From NCBI GenBank assembly GCA_965112155.1, contig OZ218098.1: a stretch of DNA of 64,000 bases; one strand, given 5' to 3'. The notes under the pieces are model-generated. The model searched no databases. It was not told the DNA's origin and worked only from the letters and a program-made list of their open reading frames with translations. Shown piece by piece: positions 13,415 through 26,207 of the stretch. Both the position numbers and the translations under genes were made by a program. The stretch comes from Podarcis liolepis. Lineage: Eukaryota. Positions within the stretch are counted from its first letter, which is position 1. Each line of letters starts with the position of its first letter.

Positions 13415-13650
13415 ATTGGGTGAATTTGTGGAGTATAAGCCCTATCAGTAGTTTCTAAGCTAACACTAAAAGCAGAAGCTCCACATTTAGAGGTAGTTCA
13501 CCTCTGATCAACATATGAGAGATAAAAGGAGATGACTATCTTTATCATGTCCTGCTTGTGAGCTTTTCATAGCTATCTTGAGCAATCACCCTTGAAGACA
13601 AAATGCCGGAAAATAGGCTTGTCCTGATCCAGCAAGGTCATTCTTATGTG
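13415..13650 (+). mobile_element. Degenerate CR1-like LINE 3' end
   Basis: Resembles the reverse complement of 55044-55240 (tgtcctgcttg...cctgatccagcaagg...ttcttatgt). Confidence 0.5.
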
Positions 13651-14378
13651 TTTTCTATCCTTTCCCTACCTGCATGTATATGCAGATTGGAGTTCTAACA
13701 CATTGTTTGTACAAGTCATGGAAACAGGGAGATATGGGGAGGGGCTTGGCTTGGCTTCTATAACATTTGTCTCTTCTTTTTCAGCAGACTAGTTTTAAAC
13801 TTCCTTTTTGGCACTAAAGCATTGAACTGGAAGTGAGTGAGGCTCTCATACAGATGTGCCTTTGCATTTTAAGTAGGATGTAGATTCATCAAATGAGATT
13901 TGATAGTTTTATTCTGTCTGCTGATCTCTTGAAAACCTCACACCAAAGGCTGCATAATGGAAACTGGATCCCCAGAGGTTTTACTTTAATTTATTTAATA
14001 AATGGCACCTTTTCAGAAAGTCTGGGTCTAGTTTTGAATTCTGTGCACTTACCACAATCTCGTTACAAGCTCTGGGAAACATTTGGCTTTAGGAATCTGT
14101 GTCTCAGCTCTCCATTCCATTTTCATTGCCTTATTACAAGGACAAATATATTGTTTTTTTTTTTTTTTTTTTTTTTTGAGGTTTGATAAGAGTTCACCCT
14201 TAGTAGCATAACATTATTTGAAGTCATTTTGGGAAAAGGGGTGATTAAAAGAAAACATGTATCTGCGCTAATCTGTGCAGCACCTGCAAATAATATGAGA
14301 GAGAGAGATCAGGGATCATAGGAATGCTTGTCTCCAAACAGCAACTTCATCGTGAATTCAGTATTTCAAGATATTTCA

Positions 14379-14470
14379 GGCTGCAATCCTATATACACAA
14401 ACTTACCTGGGAGTAAGCCCCATTGAAAGCAATGGTACTTAACTCTGAATAGACCCATGCAGGATTGCAC
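14379..14470. mobile_element. Short palindromic MITE-like element
   Basis: gcaatcct...aggattgc inverted ends with internal cttacctgggagtaag; related degenerate copies near 58393-58455 and 62992-63068. Confidence 0.55.
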
Positions 14471-14638
14471 TATCATGATCAAGTCAGGATGGAAGCCTGG
14501 AATCTTGTGCAAATGTTGGTTGCCATCTAATGGTTCTAGGTTGGACAGTCAATGATATCTCAGAGGCTTTAGTTTACATGTATTGCCACAGTCCACTTTC
14601 TTGCTGGGTTAGGGAGGTGGGAGTCTAATTTTCAACTA

Positions 14639-14889
14639 CCATATTGGCCCGAATATGAGCTGCACCCGATATAAGCCGCACCTTTAAAATTCAAGGGCAA
14701 AAAAGAAAAAAATACAATACCCAAATATAAGCCACTCCCTTAAAATTCCGCAGGCACTCACACCCGCCCCATTTTACTGTATGCCTGTTTCAGCAGCAAT
14801 ATTATAAAACCCAGTTTAAGCTGCACTTTAACTTTTCATGGTCGGAATTTGGAAAAAAAAAGGTGAGACTTATATTCAGGCCAATACGG
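14639..14889. mobile_element. Tc1/mariner (Tc2/pogo-like) MITE
   Basis: TIRs CCATATTGGCCCGAATAT / ATATTCAGGCCAATACGG, flanked by TA on both sides. Confidence 0.85.
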
Positions 14890-14934
14890 TAATTGTGCAG
14901 CAGAGGTACTGACTACCTATTACCTTGAATTAGA

Positions 14935-15180
14935 GATGCTGGTTTCAATTTACAAAGTCCTTCATGACCTGGACTTGGTATATCTCAGATCATCTCTGCC
15001 CTTAGGAATCTCTTTACCTTTTAAGATCATCTAGGTTCCTCTTTATGAGAGCAGTAAATGGTCCTACCTTCTTGGTAGTGGCCCCTTAATTCTGGATCAT
15101 GATGAGCTCTGCCACTGTGCATCCCTGCTAGGGTGTTGCATGAGAGTGTTTTTTTGTTTAGGCAGACTTTCCCAAATAGG
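14935..15180 (+). mobile_element. Highly degenerate L2 ORF2 3' fragment
   Basis: MLVSIYKVLHDL-like and ..VVAP.. remnants (ggtagtggcccc) similar to 25041-25200. Confidence 0.4.
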
Positions 15181-17807
15181 ATTTTTACTTGTGTTGCATT
15201 GGCTAATATTGTGTGTGTGCGTTGACGTATCGATTGGCTATGACTGTTGCTTTAATTATTTTCATGGTGTGATCTTATGGTTATTTATATTGTTTGATAA
15301 CATGAATGTGGTGAGATAAGGATGGAGATTGGGTGGGTGGGGGGTGTATAATTTCGTTTGCGTGGAACAAACCCTTGGTTTGTACTGCATTCATGTCTGG
15401 GTGGATAGGGTTATATCAGGTAGACAGAGTCAGTGGACAGAAGTAGTTCACTAGAGATAATTGAGAATCTGTCAGCAGCCTGCCCTGTGCCCAGTTGTGG
15501 CAGCTATTCTACTAGTAAATGCTGCAGAAACATTATGTGTGCATAACTCTCGGGACAGGATGTCTACACTGTGCCAGGAAAACCATGAATCTTCCTGGTG
15601 AGAGCACAATGCCAAGATCTCCTTTATCGATCCTTATGCAACAGCAGCTAACAGAGAGGGAAAGAACAGCAACACAAGGCTAAATGAGAACAGGAAAAAA
15701 AGATAGTTGCACCTTGAGAAATGCTGCTGACCAGGAGTTCTGCATAATGAAAGGCACAGCTGTGAATCTATTAACCCCCACATAATCACAAACTGGCACA
15801 CCACCAGAACCACATGGAAAGCAGGGGGCCATTCTCCTAAATGCCCAGAATGCCACTTAATAGCAAGATGTGCATGATTAAAAATGCATTCTCTCAATAT
15901 ATATTTACCCCCCCCCCCGAAAAAAACAACCACCACAAAATGATCATAACAATAGGACATCCTGGAGTGGCCAAAGGTTAAAGAAGCTTCAAAGAGGAAA
16001 TTCTACAAGGGCAGCTTTTCTCATCCCTGCAGGACCACCTGCACTTCCAGGAATTCCCTTTTCTATCCAAGCAGCTATTAAACTCACAGGAGCCTCTTTC
16101 TCCTTTGAATCTGGTCCCCTGAGGCTGTCATTCGCAACACCTGTCTGGTGCCTGGAAGGAAGCATAGATTAGCATGCATGAGGCCATGGCTAGTTAAATA
16201 GGAATCACAAGAGGTAGCAGTGTAATAGCAATAGTGCAGTGCTCTGGTTCCCTGTCAGACAAAACTTAGCAGCAGATGCTGGTGCCAGAATTGTACTCCT
16301 AATATGCTTGGGGGTTGGGGAAGAAAAGAGGATGAGAGAGACCGGTGTGAACAGCTTTGCTGTGACAGGAGGCAGCATATAGTTCTTTAACATGGGTTGC
16401 CAGAAGGGCATGTAAAAGTACGCAAGGTATTGTCAGCTTGATTAAAGAGTGCCTGCTTTCTCTGTTATAATCCCTGCTGATACCCTGCACTATTTCACCT
16501 AAAAGCATTCAGTGTGGTAGATAATCCATATTAATCTTCAAAACAATAGGAAGTGGGGAAAGGGAGCAATGTGAGAAAAGTGGGGGAAAGGAGGACAGGA
16601 GGGAATGACAAAGATACAGATCAAAAGGAGGGAGAAAGTTCATTCTGGTGCTCCTGGGAGATGTACATTCCTAGAATACTTTCATTTAAATGCTCCTAAT
16701 TATCATGAGCATCTGCAAGTCCTAAATGATCTGCTCTTTTCATTTGTTCTTTTCAGTTATTTCATCAAAAGTGTTGTATCCCTGCAGCTCCTAGAGACTT
16801 GTGATGAGATTTTGTCTGCATTTCACTGCAAAAATCAAGCTGGCTACAGTTTTGGAATAGCTTCAGGGCTGGCCCCCACCCACTGCCTTGACATAGCAGT
16901 CTGACAACAGAGAAGCAGGTGTTAAAGGAAAGGTATAGATAGAGAATGTGGGAGAAAGAAGAACAGCAATAGGAAGAAGAGGTGTAGAAGATTCAGACAG
17001 AGAATGAGACAAAGGACCTTTTCACACAATGTGTGGCAGCAATCCTAGGTTTGCCACAAAGTATAAACTGGATGGTAAGCTGCAACCAGTTCTATATTTC
17101 AGATAAGTGAATCTCTATGACACATATGTTTCCAAACACACACATACATTTTTAGATGCACATTTTTAAAGGGTTTTTGTTAGATCTAAAAGAATAAATA
17201 AATTGCAAAGAAGCATATAGTGCTAGAATGTATTAATCAGACAGATTAATTGCACTACACTTGCAAATCCATTACTCAAATGATGGCTTGAATAGGTGGA
17301 ATAGCCATCACAAACGGAACACCACAGACAGAGTTTTTATTTTACCTGAATCATTACACTTTTCAATGGAAGGAAATTAGCATGTTCACCTGGAAATCAT
17401 GCAGGTCCCCTCCAGACTAGTGTGTATGTGTGTGGGTGTGTTTGTGGGTGTATTCTGCAACCTATCAGTGATGCAATAGCAGTCTATTAGTGGTGGATTT
17501 ATACTGGATCACTCACACATTGTTCCATTTTATTAGTTGTTGTGTGATGCATCCCCAGTGTTACCACCTCATTGTCATCTGGAGGGGGCACAAAAGTGGG
17601 ACCAAAAATCCTTGGGACTTTGTAGTATGAAAAGTTTGGGGGTTTAAGCAGAAAACTGTGGGACATGCACCCGTTGGAAGCAATGGCGCACGTTTGACTC
17701 AAAACTTTGACGGTACTGAAAGCAAGATCACAGATAACTGTCCCAATGCCAACCTGAACACAAATCATGATGGATGTGCAATGAAAAGGACACCTGGAGG
17801 AGCCCTC

Positions 17808-18018
17808 AGTGATGGTGTAGTCATGATTATAGGATTGGGTGTGGATGTGGGAAGCCCAGGTCCAAACCAGCACTCACTTATGAAGCTCTTTTTGGTAGCC
17901 TTGGCCAAGTGCCTACCTTTGCCTCACAATCTCACCTATCTCAGTTTTTGAGGAGGAACAGATGTTGTTTGGATCTCCTTGGGGAAAGGGGCAGGATACA
18001 AATGTAACTAATAATAAT
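17808..18018 (+). mobile_element. Old tRNA/CORE SINE
   Basis: A-box-like tggtgtagt, B-box-like ggtccaaacc, CORE-like ccttggccaagt and an AT-rich tail; a related 3' piece lies at ~18820-18920. Confidence 0.45.
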
Positions 18019-20048
18019 TGACACTAATGCTAGCTAATACATTATTTAGGGTGTTTTAAAAACGTTTTTGCAGAGATGGCTGCCGCTACTGTGCAGCGGC
18101 TGTGAGCGACGCACAAGAGATCTGTCTTCACCGCAAACTTAAAAGGATTTAAACTCTTAGGAATTGCCCCCCAATGAATTGATTTATAACTCACCAAATG
18201 TAGGATACGATGCCATGCATTACGCTGCTATGGTTCTCCAGCAGAATTCTCACCACAATTATAATTCCCAGAGCTCTTTGTGTGAAGTCATATGATGCCC
18301 CCCCCCCATGGAGCTCCCCCCCCAGACATGATGCTACATTGGAAAGGGGGGGGGGAAGGATTTGCTGCCCTCCAAAAAAAAATTGGGGCTCTGCCTCCTA
18401 CCAGCCTCAGCCACTCAGGGATGAAAGCAGTGGTGGTCTGACACCATCCTGAAGGCCACAGGTTCCCCACTTCTGATTTAGGGATAAGTAAAAGTTATGT
18501 GCTGTTTGTATTTGTGCAACAAGTACTAGTCAACAAGTGGCTCTTTCCCCATTATTGCTATCTCCATGGCAAGAAAACTTGACCTCAAAGATTGCTTTGA
18601 GACTCTTGAAAGGTGGTGAATCTAAGGAAGACTATGGGCCAAAGCTAGAGGCAGATGAAATGGCTGGGTTTCCACAATACAATTTCGTTAAATAAATCCA
18701 GACCCAATGTAGTGGGACCATCTTTGAAGTTGTTTCCAGTGAGTTGTAGTAGTGTTTGCTTTACACTGGGGAGACCCACCCACAGAGTTTATTAGGTGGC
18801 CTTGAATCAGTCGTTGTGGCTCAGTCTAACCTACCTCACAGGGTTGTTATGAATGTAAAAAGTAGGAGGTATGTAGGCTGCTGCAAGCTGTTCAGAGGAA
18901 GGGCCGGGTAAATAATAAATAATCATTGATGTCTTGGTGATTAGAACCAAATTCATGTAGCCTCTTCAATAAAAGAATACAGTATGATGACAGTTCGGGA
19001 TAGAAGGGCTTGCATTTGTAAAATCTCTGTGACTCTGTTGAAGTTTATCTGCAAAGAAACAAAATCCCTTCACTTCTGCAGTCTTGGTCACTGTAAATAC
19101 ATTTTGCAAGAAAATGAGACACTGCAAGTGGAATAAACTAAATAATGAAAACAAATGATATGCTATTATTCTTAATATATTCAGAATGCATATTATTCAT
19201 TTTCTGATTGTCAATTTTCAAAATTTAATGCAGAAACGGAAGTATACTCCCCCACCTGCAGTGATACCACCATCCACACCATATATTTAAAGCATATGAT
19301 TTTTCAAAAGAATCCCAGGAATGTGTGCAGCAAACACACATCTGGATCCCCAACGAGGAGATACTGAGAAAGAGCACTGGGTGGGGAAAGGGTTAAACAT
19401 CCATCTATTTCTCTGCTGAAAGCTAATCCTTTCTGGAGCTGCTTTTTTTCTTGAAAGAAGTTGATTTAGGGAGTTAATATATGCATTTGCATAACAGGCA
19501 GTTTCTCCCTACGCCTTTTACAGTTCAGTCAACATTAGCAATTTCCTTCAATAGCAACTGTGCCAGCAAGCAGGCAGCAGGCAGAGTCTGTGATAAGGAA
19601 GGAGTGTATTTGTAAAAGAACGGCCTTGCAAGGGGAGCAAAATGGAAGATCTCATGTATTTAGAATGCATGGGATGTTGCTGCGTGGCCTGAAATAAGCT
19701 GCAGGCTTTGGAAATTGGCAAGCTGGAATCACAGACCGAATATTTGAACTTGTGGCTTTTGTTATTGCCATCACTTCATTGAGCAATGTCAAGTTCACAA
19801 GGCAGTAAACACTCGGGGAGTTATAAAGGAAATCACTTTTAAAAATGACTTGCATGAATTCATGGAAGATTTCTGGAGACACTTGGTCAATTAAAACGTT
19901 TAGCTCTTTCTAGGCAGCTCTGCTGCACTACAGCTTGATAGGTTTGCTATACATAGTTCACCACTGACACCTGGTGTTTAGCTTGGTTCATTGCAAGTGG
20001 GCTTCCGTTTCTTACTGCAATCTTATGACCTGATGCGAGTCAGTAAGG

Positions 20049-20161
20049 CAGAGGTAGCTAATGTAGTGTCTTCTATATGTTGAAGGCTCTGACCATCAAC
20101 AGTCCAGGTTGATGGGAGTTGTAGACCACAACATCTGAAGGGCATCACATGGCCTTCCCTG
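20049..20161. mobile_element. Degenerate palindromic hAT-type MITE
   Basis: Same family as 48970-49106 (gatgggagttgtag...acatctgaagggc). Confidence 0.5.
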
Positions 20162-20192
20162 TGCACTAAAGCAGTAACTCCCTGCAGTATGA

Positions 20193-20297
20193 ATTAGCCA
20201 TGTTCATGTGTTGCAGCAAAAGCAATAGTCTTGTGGCCCCTGAATGACTAACACAGTTACTATGGCATAAGCTTTCGTGGACCAGAGTCCACTTCAC
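20193..20297 (-). mobile_element. Penelope-like element terminal-repeat fragment
   Basis: tgttgcagcaaaagcaatagtcttgtggc...gactaac...tatggcataagctttcgtggaccagagtccacttca resembles sauropsid Penelope ends; the minus strand carries a partial hammerhead motif. Confidence 0.6.
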
Positions 20298-22312
20298 TAT
20301 ATACACTTGTAAATAATGAGATCTAATGGCAATGAAGTGCCAGTAGTACACTCTGTGAAAATTCAACTGAAGCTTAAAATTGTATGCAAAATAAAATTGT
20401 ATGCAAAAGACTATTCACAACAGCAGTAATTAGTGATACCCTAATCATTGTTAAATTTATTAATGTCTGTAGTGGGACAAGAACCCATAGTCTCTACTTA
20501 TGCTCAGAACTGATATAATCAAACTTCTTATTCAGTTCTAATTCAGTAGTTTCATACTTGCTGGGTAATTGAGTTTCAGGTCAGTCTCTATGCAATGATG
20601 ATGATGATGATCACATATCTGACATCAGGAATGGCAATGTTCAGAAACTCGTGAGAGATCATTTCAGTCTCCCAGGACTCTCTCCTAATACTGACTTGAA
20701 CATTGCTATTCTCCAACAAAGGAAGGATGATTAAGTTATCACAAATTACTGCTGTTGTAACTGATTCCATTGTTTTTTGTGCATACATTTAAACTTTAAT
20801 TGTACTGTCACAAGCTGTACGTTTGGCATTTCATGGTCATGGGACTCCATTGCCCCCCCCCATCCTTTACACCAGTGGTTCTCAAAGGTGTGGCAGGAGA
20901 GGGGGGCAAGTGTGGTGGGAAGATTCAAGGACAAAGAACCATTTCAATATTTCAGGGTAGTATAGTGTCAAAACATTTTTTAAAATATTTGCAGGAAATG
21001 GATAGGTATCTTTTCAAAATGAGAGAAGGAGCATCAAGTGATACTGAGGACAATCCTAGTTGTGTTTTCCAATCTATTTCTTATCAGTAAAAAAAAGAAA
21101 AATCAGTGTAGCACAAGCAATTTTTTATTCTGTAAGTGTGGCCCAGAGAAAAAAGTTTGAGAGACTCCTCTGCAACCATGTGTATATAGACCCACTGACA
21201 AATCAAGGCAATGCACCTGATGAAGGGTACTCTAATAACCCATGAAAGTACTATAGCAGAATAACTTTAGCATATAGAATGTAACTATAGTCACATCAAG
21301 CTTGAGCCATATGTCTACAGCTTCTGCACACCTGAAAGAATTGCTTAGTGACACTGCTTTTGGATTCTCTCTGTAGAGGCCTCCTTCTCTCAGTCACCTA
21401 TTCCAGAATACAGAGGCACCAGCAGGGCTGCTCCAGAGCATGCTGCTTTATTTTTGCAATGTTACTGGTACTAATGATGTGCAGGATCTGGTCTGTAGTA
21501 ATGAAACCTGAAGTCTAGCTGCAGTGGCTACAGGTTAAACTGCATGGGATCTGCATAAGACCTCCATTAGCCTAACCCTATTAATATTAATATACTTACA
21601 GCTTCTTGCTGCAGTGGAATCCTGTGCCAGATTTCACTAGGAGGGATGGGACGCACACACACGTATACAATTGACTACTGACAACTCCCATAAATACCCA
21701 TGATCCAGTTGAAATAGGAGTGCATGACAGGGTTACCACCCCTACTCTGAACTGTGTATTGCCCTGCCATAATGTGCTTTGCTCAGAAGGAGCATTGGAA
21801 ATTAACTTGGCTGCAGTCACAAAGGAAGCACGTAACAGGGCCGAACCTGGTGAAGTGTCAACTTAGAAGACCATGGATTTTTGCCATTAGCTGTTAAAGA
21901 AATGAAATGTCTTAACTATGTACAGATTGTTTCCTCCAGTGCATGACACACAGCCCATGTCAACGGTTAATGCCCCAGTCATCTCCACTCCATCTTCCCC
22001 TCCCTATTATTTGCATCTCAAATTTTGCGACCAATGGATAGAGCAAAGACATAGTTTCCTAGAGGAAGCAGCTCTACACATAATGCTATACTGCTTTGTG
22101 CTCGCAAGGAAAAGCCAATTAGCACCTACCTGTCATCTCCCCCCCCCCCTGCTGACTCACCTGCTCCGTCATCACATTTGCAGTGCTATTGTGCACCCTA
22201 CTGGAAGAAATATATCGGTAGTACCGTCCTGATCCTTTAAAGGTAAAGGAGATAGTTGGGAGTCCCAGGCAGAGGAAATAAATGCATATGATGCAGTAGG
22301 AACAAATACTAG

Positions 22313-22588
<276 letters not shown>

Positions 22589-23530
22589 ACCGTGGCCAGT
22601 AGTTGCTGCCCAAATTCCCGTGCCAGAAGCCGCCATTGAGTTTCTAACAGAAGGGACGCAAACAAATAAGACGACACCCATGCAACTCCCTCCGAATGGC
22701 AATCGCCACCCCAAACAGATCGAAGAAACAATCAGGACTCCCCTTTACACTCCTCTCTCCCCCCCACCCCGTCCCCCAAATAGCCTGACTGGTATGTGAA
22801 CTTACGTAGCAGAGAGTTTTACTTTTACATTTTGTACACAAAGTATTTATTTTCATGATAAAGAAATAGGATTTGATGGTGAGATGGAAACGACGCGGCT
22901 TAATCGGAGGGGACGGCGGACTACGGTGGAGGGGAAACGGAAGGAGTACACCAGTGATCCCAAGATGAAGGCAACATAACCGACCTGAGAGTGCTGAACT
23001 GAGAGGATGGGGCAGATTGCCCTGTTGGGCATGGTGAAAGGCAGACCTCTTTCGGGATATACCCCTAAGTCTGTACACAGTTTCAGAAGCTCAAGAGAGG
23101 GAATGGAATAATTAAAAAAAAAAAAAAGCTTGCTGCTAAGAGTTAGGCATGGCCTTTGCAGAACATATCAGTTGCACTCAGACTGCTTCCAAGTTCTTTC
23201 CCTCTCCGCTCCCCACTCTGTGTCCCCCAACACACACACACACCTTTGCCGTCTACATTTTTACCTGTTTTCATATTTATTTGATTGAAGCCCATAATAG
23301 CTTGCAAAAATGTTTATAAATCAGGAAATTTGGGTTCTAGACAGGTTACACTAGCCTCTCCTGACGAATCCTGGAGCCTTCCAGGGTAAATCCCAGAGGG
23401 GAGGGAAAAAGTAATGGTCCTCTTTGGAACCTCATGGAAACACTGAGAATGTAGACAACTTATGGAAAATTTGCATAGATCCTGTATCTCTGTCAACTTT
23501 CAATAAAAATACCTCTAACCATCAGACACT
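22589..23530 (+). other. IFITM10: Probable IFITM10 3' UTR
   Basis: Follows the stop codon, is free of recognisable TEs, has an AU-rich TATTTAT (~22844) and AATAAA at 23502-23507 followed by GU/U-rich sequence. The 3' end is inferred and the UTR may be longer. Confidence 0.45.
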
Positions 23531-24090
23531 GTATACTACAGGTTGCATGTTTCTGCCTCATAATGCCATCCACAGCAGGAGAAAGCTGGGCTTTGTTGAC
23601 CAATTTAAAGATGGTAGGATTTCATTTAATATCGCTTTTGAAACAAGCCGAACCATTCTTTTTAAATATTACAATATCTAGGTCAGTGTCACAGTGCAAA
23701 AGTAAATATTTTTTCCCCAACTGCCCCAAGATAGCATTGCCATTCAGCAATTTAGTAAGCCTACAGACAATTTGTATTGTGCACTTGATAAATACTTTCA
23801 TTCCACAGGGGCCAGGGGCTGGAGTACTCTAATGGACAACAGAATTTGCCTCTTTCCTCATAGTGGAATTGTGTCCTTCCACCAAACTAGCTTCAGTAGA
23901 GCACTTAAAAGAGAAATACAAAGATTGCAGCTGTTTCACTATTGTTAGTATAGCCCAAACTATTTGGATGTACTTTGGAGAAGTCAGCAGTTCCGCATCC
24001 TGAGCCAAGCCTCGCCCTCTATGGCTTTCCTAAGGTCCTTTTGCTTAAAAGTACCTTTGATTCATGGGTAGTTCGTTTGTTTGCCTCCAT

Positions 24091-24424
24091 GAGCCAGTGT
24101 GGTGTAGTGGTTAAGAGCGGTAGATTTGTAATCTGGGGAACCTGGTTCGCGTCTCCGCTCCTCCACATGCAGCTGCTGGGTGACCTTGGGCCAGTCACAC
24201 TTCTTTGAAGTCTCTCAGCCCCACTCACCTCACAGAGAGTTTGTTGTGGGGGAGGAAGGGAAAGGAGAATGTTAGCCGCTTTGAGACTCCTTGGGCTAAT
24301 GATAAAGCGGGATATCAAATCCAAACTCTCCTCCTCTTCTTCTTCTTTTTCTTCTTCTTCTTCTCCTCCTCCTCCTCCTCCTCCTCCTCCTCCTCCTCCT
24401 CCTCCTTCTCCTTCTCCTTCTTCT
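24091..24424 (+). mobile_element. tRNA-derived SINE with L2-type tail (Squam3-like) and expanded (CTT)/(CCT) tail
   Basis: A box tggtgtagtggt, B-box-like ggttcgcgtct, CORE-like gggtgaccttgggccagtcac, simple-repeat tail 24326-24424, possible short TSD tccat(g). Confidence 0.8.
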
Positions 24425-25040
24425 TCCATGGAAGCTTTCACAGGTACTTAGCAACTGCCAGAAAATGGTCTATTCCAGCTGTGGTCTGGCAAGGGGGCAC
24501 GGTTTAGGAGCTCAGCATGATGCAGGCTGCTGCTGTGCCCCCACACCATGCTGAGCTCCCTGCTGCCTTGCCCCCTTCCTATTCCAATAACCAGAAGCAA
24601 TGCCTGATGTCAGAAAGCCAGCTTGGCAACACAGACCCCCCTATACCACCAGCTGCTACTCTCTCTTTTCCAAGGGTCTGGAATTAGTCAGGGTCATGCT
24701 CTGCGGACATATACATAGCCAATTGTTGGCTCCTTCCCCTTCTGTTTGTTTTCACCATTTCATGGAGCAGCATGGCAGGCAGCCTTGGAGAAAGAACATA
24801 GCCATCTGCCTTACCATTGATCTGAGCATTGATCTATCTGCCTTAGTGTTGTCTGCACACTGACTTGTGCTCTCCGAGAGAACTTTCCCATGAGGACTTA
24901 GGATAATTTGCATGGAAACTACCAGTGAGCTCCATCCCCTTCCCAATGTATGTGCAATGTATAATTCAAGCCTAGGCAACAGCTGGCTATAGGTCAGAAC
25001 ATAGCCATTGACAAGTATGGGGCTTAAATAATGAACACAC

Positions 25041-25325
25041 AGGTCCAGCTCTGAGGACCCTCTGGTGATTCCCTCCCTGTGAGAAGTGAGGTTACAGGGA
25101 AGCAGGCAGAGGGCCTTCTCGGTAGTGGCGCCCTCCCTGTGGAACCCCCTTCCATCAGATGTCAAGGAGATTAAACAACTATCTGACTTTTAGAAGACAT
25201 CTGAAGGCAGCCCTGTTATCGGGAAATTTTTTATGTCTAATGTTTTAAAATTTTTAATGTGCTGTGAGCCGCCCAGAGTGGCTGGGGAAACGCAGCCAGA
25301 TGGGTAGGAAATAAATAATAAAATT
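25041..25325 (+). mobile_element. L2-type LINE, 5'-truncated 3' end
   Basis: Encodes RAFSVVAPSLWNPLPSDVKE, the typical L2 ORF2 C-terminal motif, followed by a 3' UTR and AAT-rich tail. Confidence 0.8.
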
Positions 25326-25982
25326 AGTAGTGGTGGTAGAAGTGAGACCAGGAGCCACATCAGCAGCACCAGAAGCCACTGAGGACCATTCAGTTTGGTG
25401 TGAATCCCTCTTGCACAATCTGTCCCTATAGTGAAATTTCACCGTTTACCACGACCTTATATAAAATGGGTAGCAGAAGGCATTATTCATGCTGGTGTTA
25501 TCCCTTTGTATTTTTAACATACTTTCTCCCCCTTTTACGCACCTTAAGTAAGAGGCAGCCGTGCTTGTACAAATGGAAGGAAATCAAATATATAACAGAC
25601 AGGCAGCAGCGCCGCAGGCACAGGCGAGTCAGCAGAATGAAGAAATGGATACGCGACCAGCATACACAGTTGCATGATGAGAGGGGAAGGACAGGTTACA
25701 GATAATAGCTCTGCGAAGACAAGGATGTCCAAATTCCGTGTTGGCAAAATGCAAGGACAGCATGAGAGGCTGTGTGTGTCCGCATGCAACTAGTCATAGT
25801 CACGTGCACATTCGTATTCAGGGAGCTGGAGAGCAGAGCAAGTGAGAGTATATTCCAATCTCATTAGGCAAATATGGCATATTCACAAAGAACCTGGTTA
25901 GCTGATACTAAAATATGAATAGCTGGAACAGAATACAGATTGGTTTGTACCAAAACAGTAATGCCTATTATCCAGTACTGTA

Positions 25983-26207
25983 CAGTGGTACCTCGGGTTA
26001 AGTACTTAATTCGTTCTGGAGGTCAGTTCTTAACCTGAAACGTTCTTAACCTGAAGCACCACTTTAGCTAATGGGGCCTCCCGCTGCCGCCGCGCCGCCG
26101 GAGCACGATTTCTGTTCTTATCTTAAAGCAAAGTTCTTAATCTGAAGCACTATTTCTGGGTTAGCGGAGTCTGTAACCTGAAGCGTATGTAACCCGAGGT
26201 ACCACTG
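25983..26207. mobile_element. Tc1/mariner MITE, family A copy 2
   Basis: Perfect TIRs CAGTGGTACCTCGGGTTA / TAACCCGAGGTACCACTG with TA TSD. Confidence 0.93.

Noticed and set aside
24019-24507. Poly-G/E/S/P/F ORFs
   Set aside because: Translations of a SINE and its simple-repeat tail.
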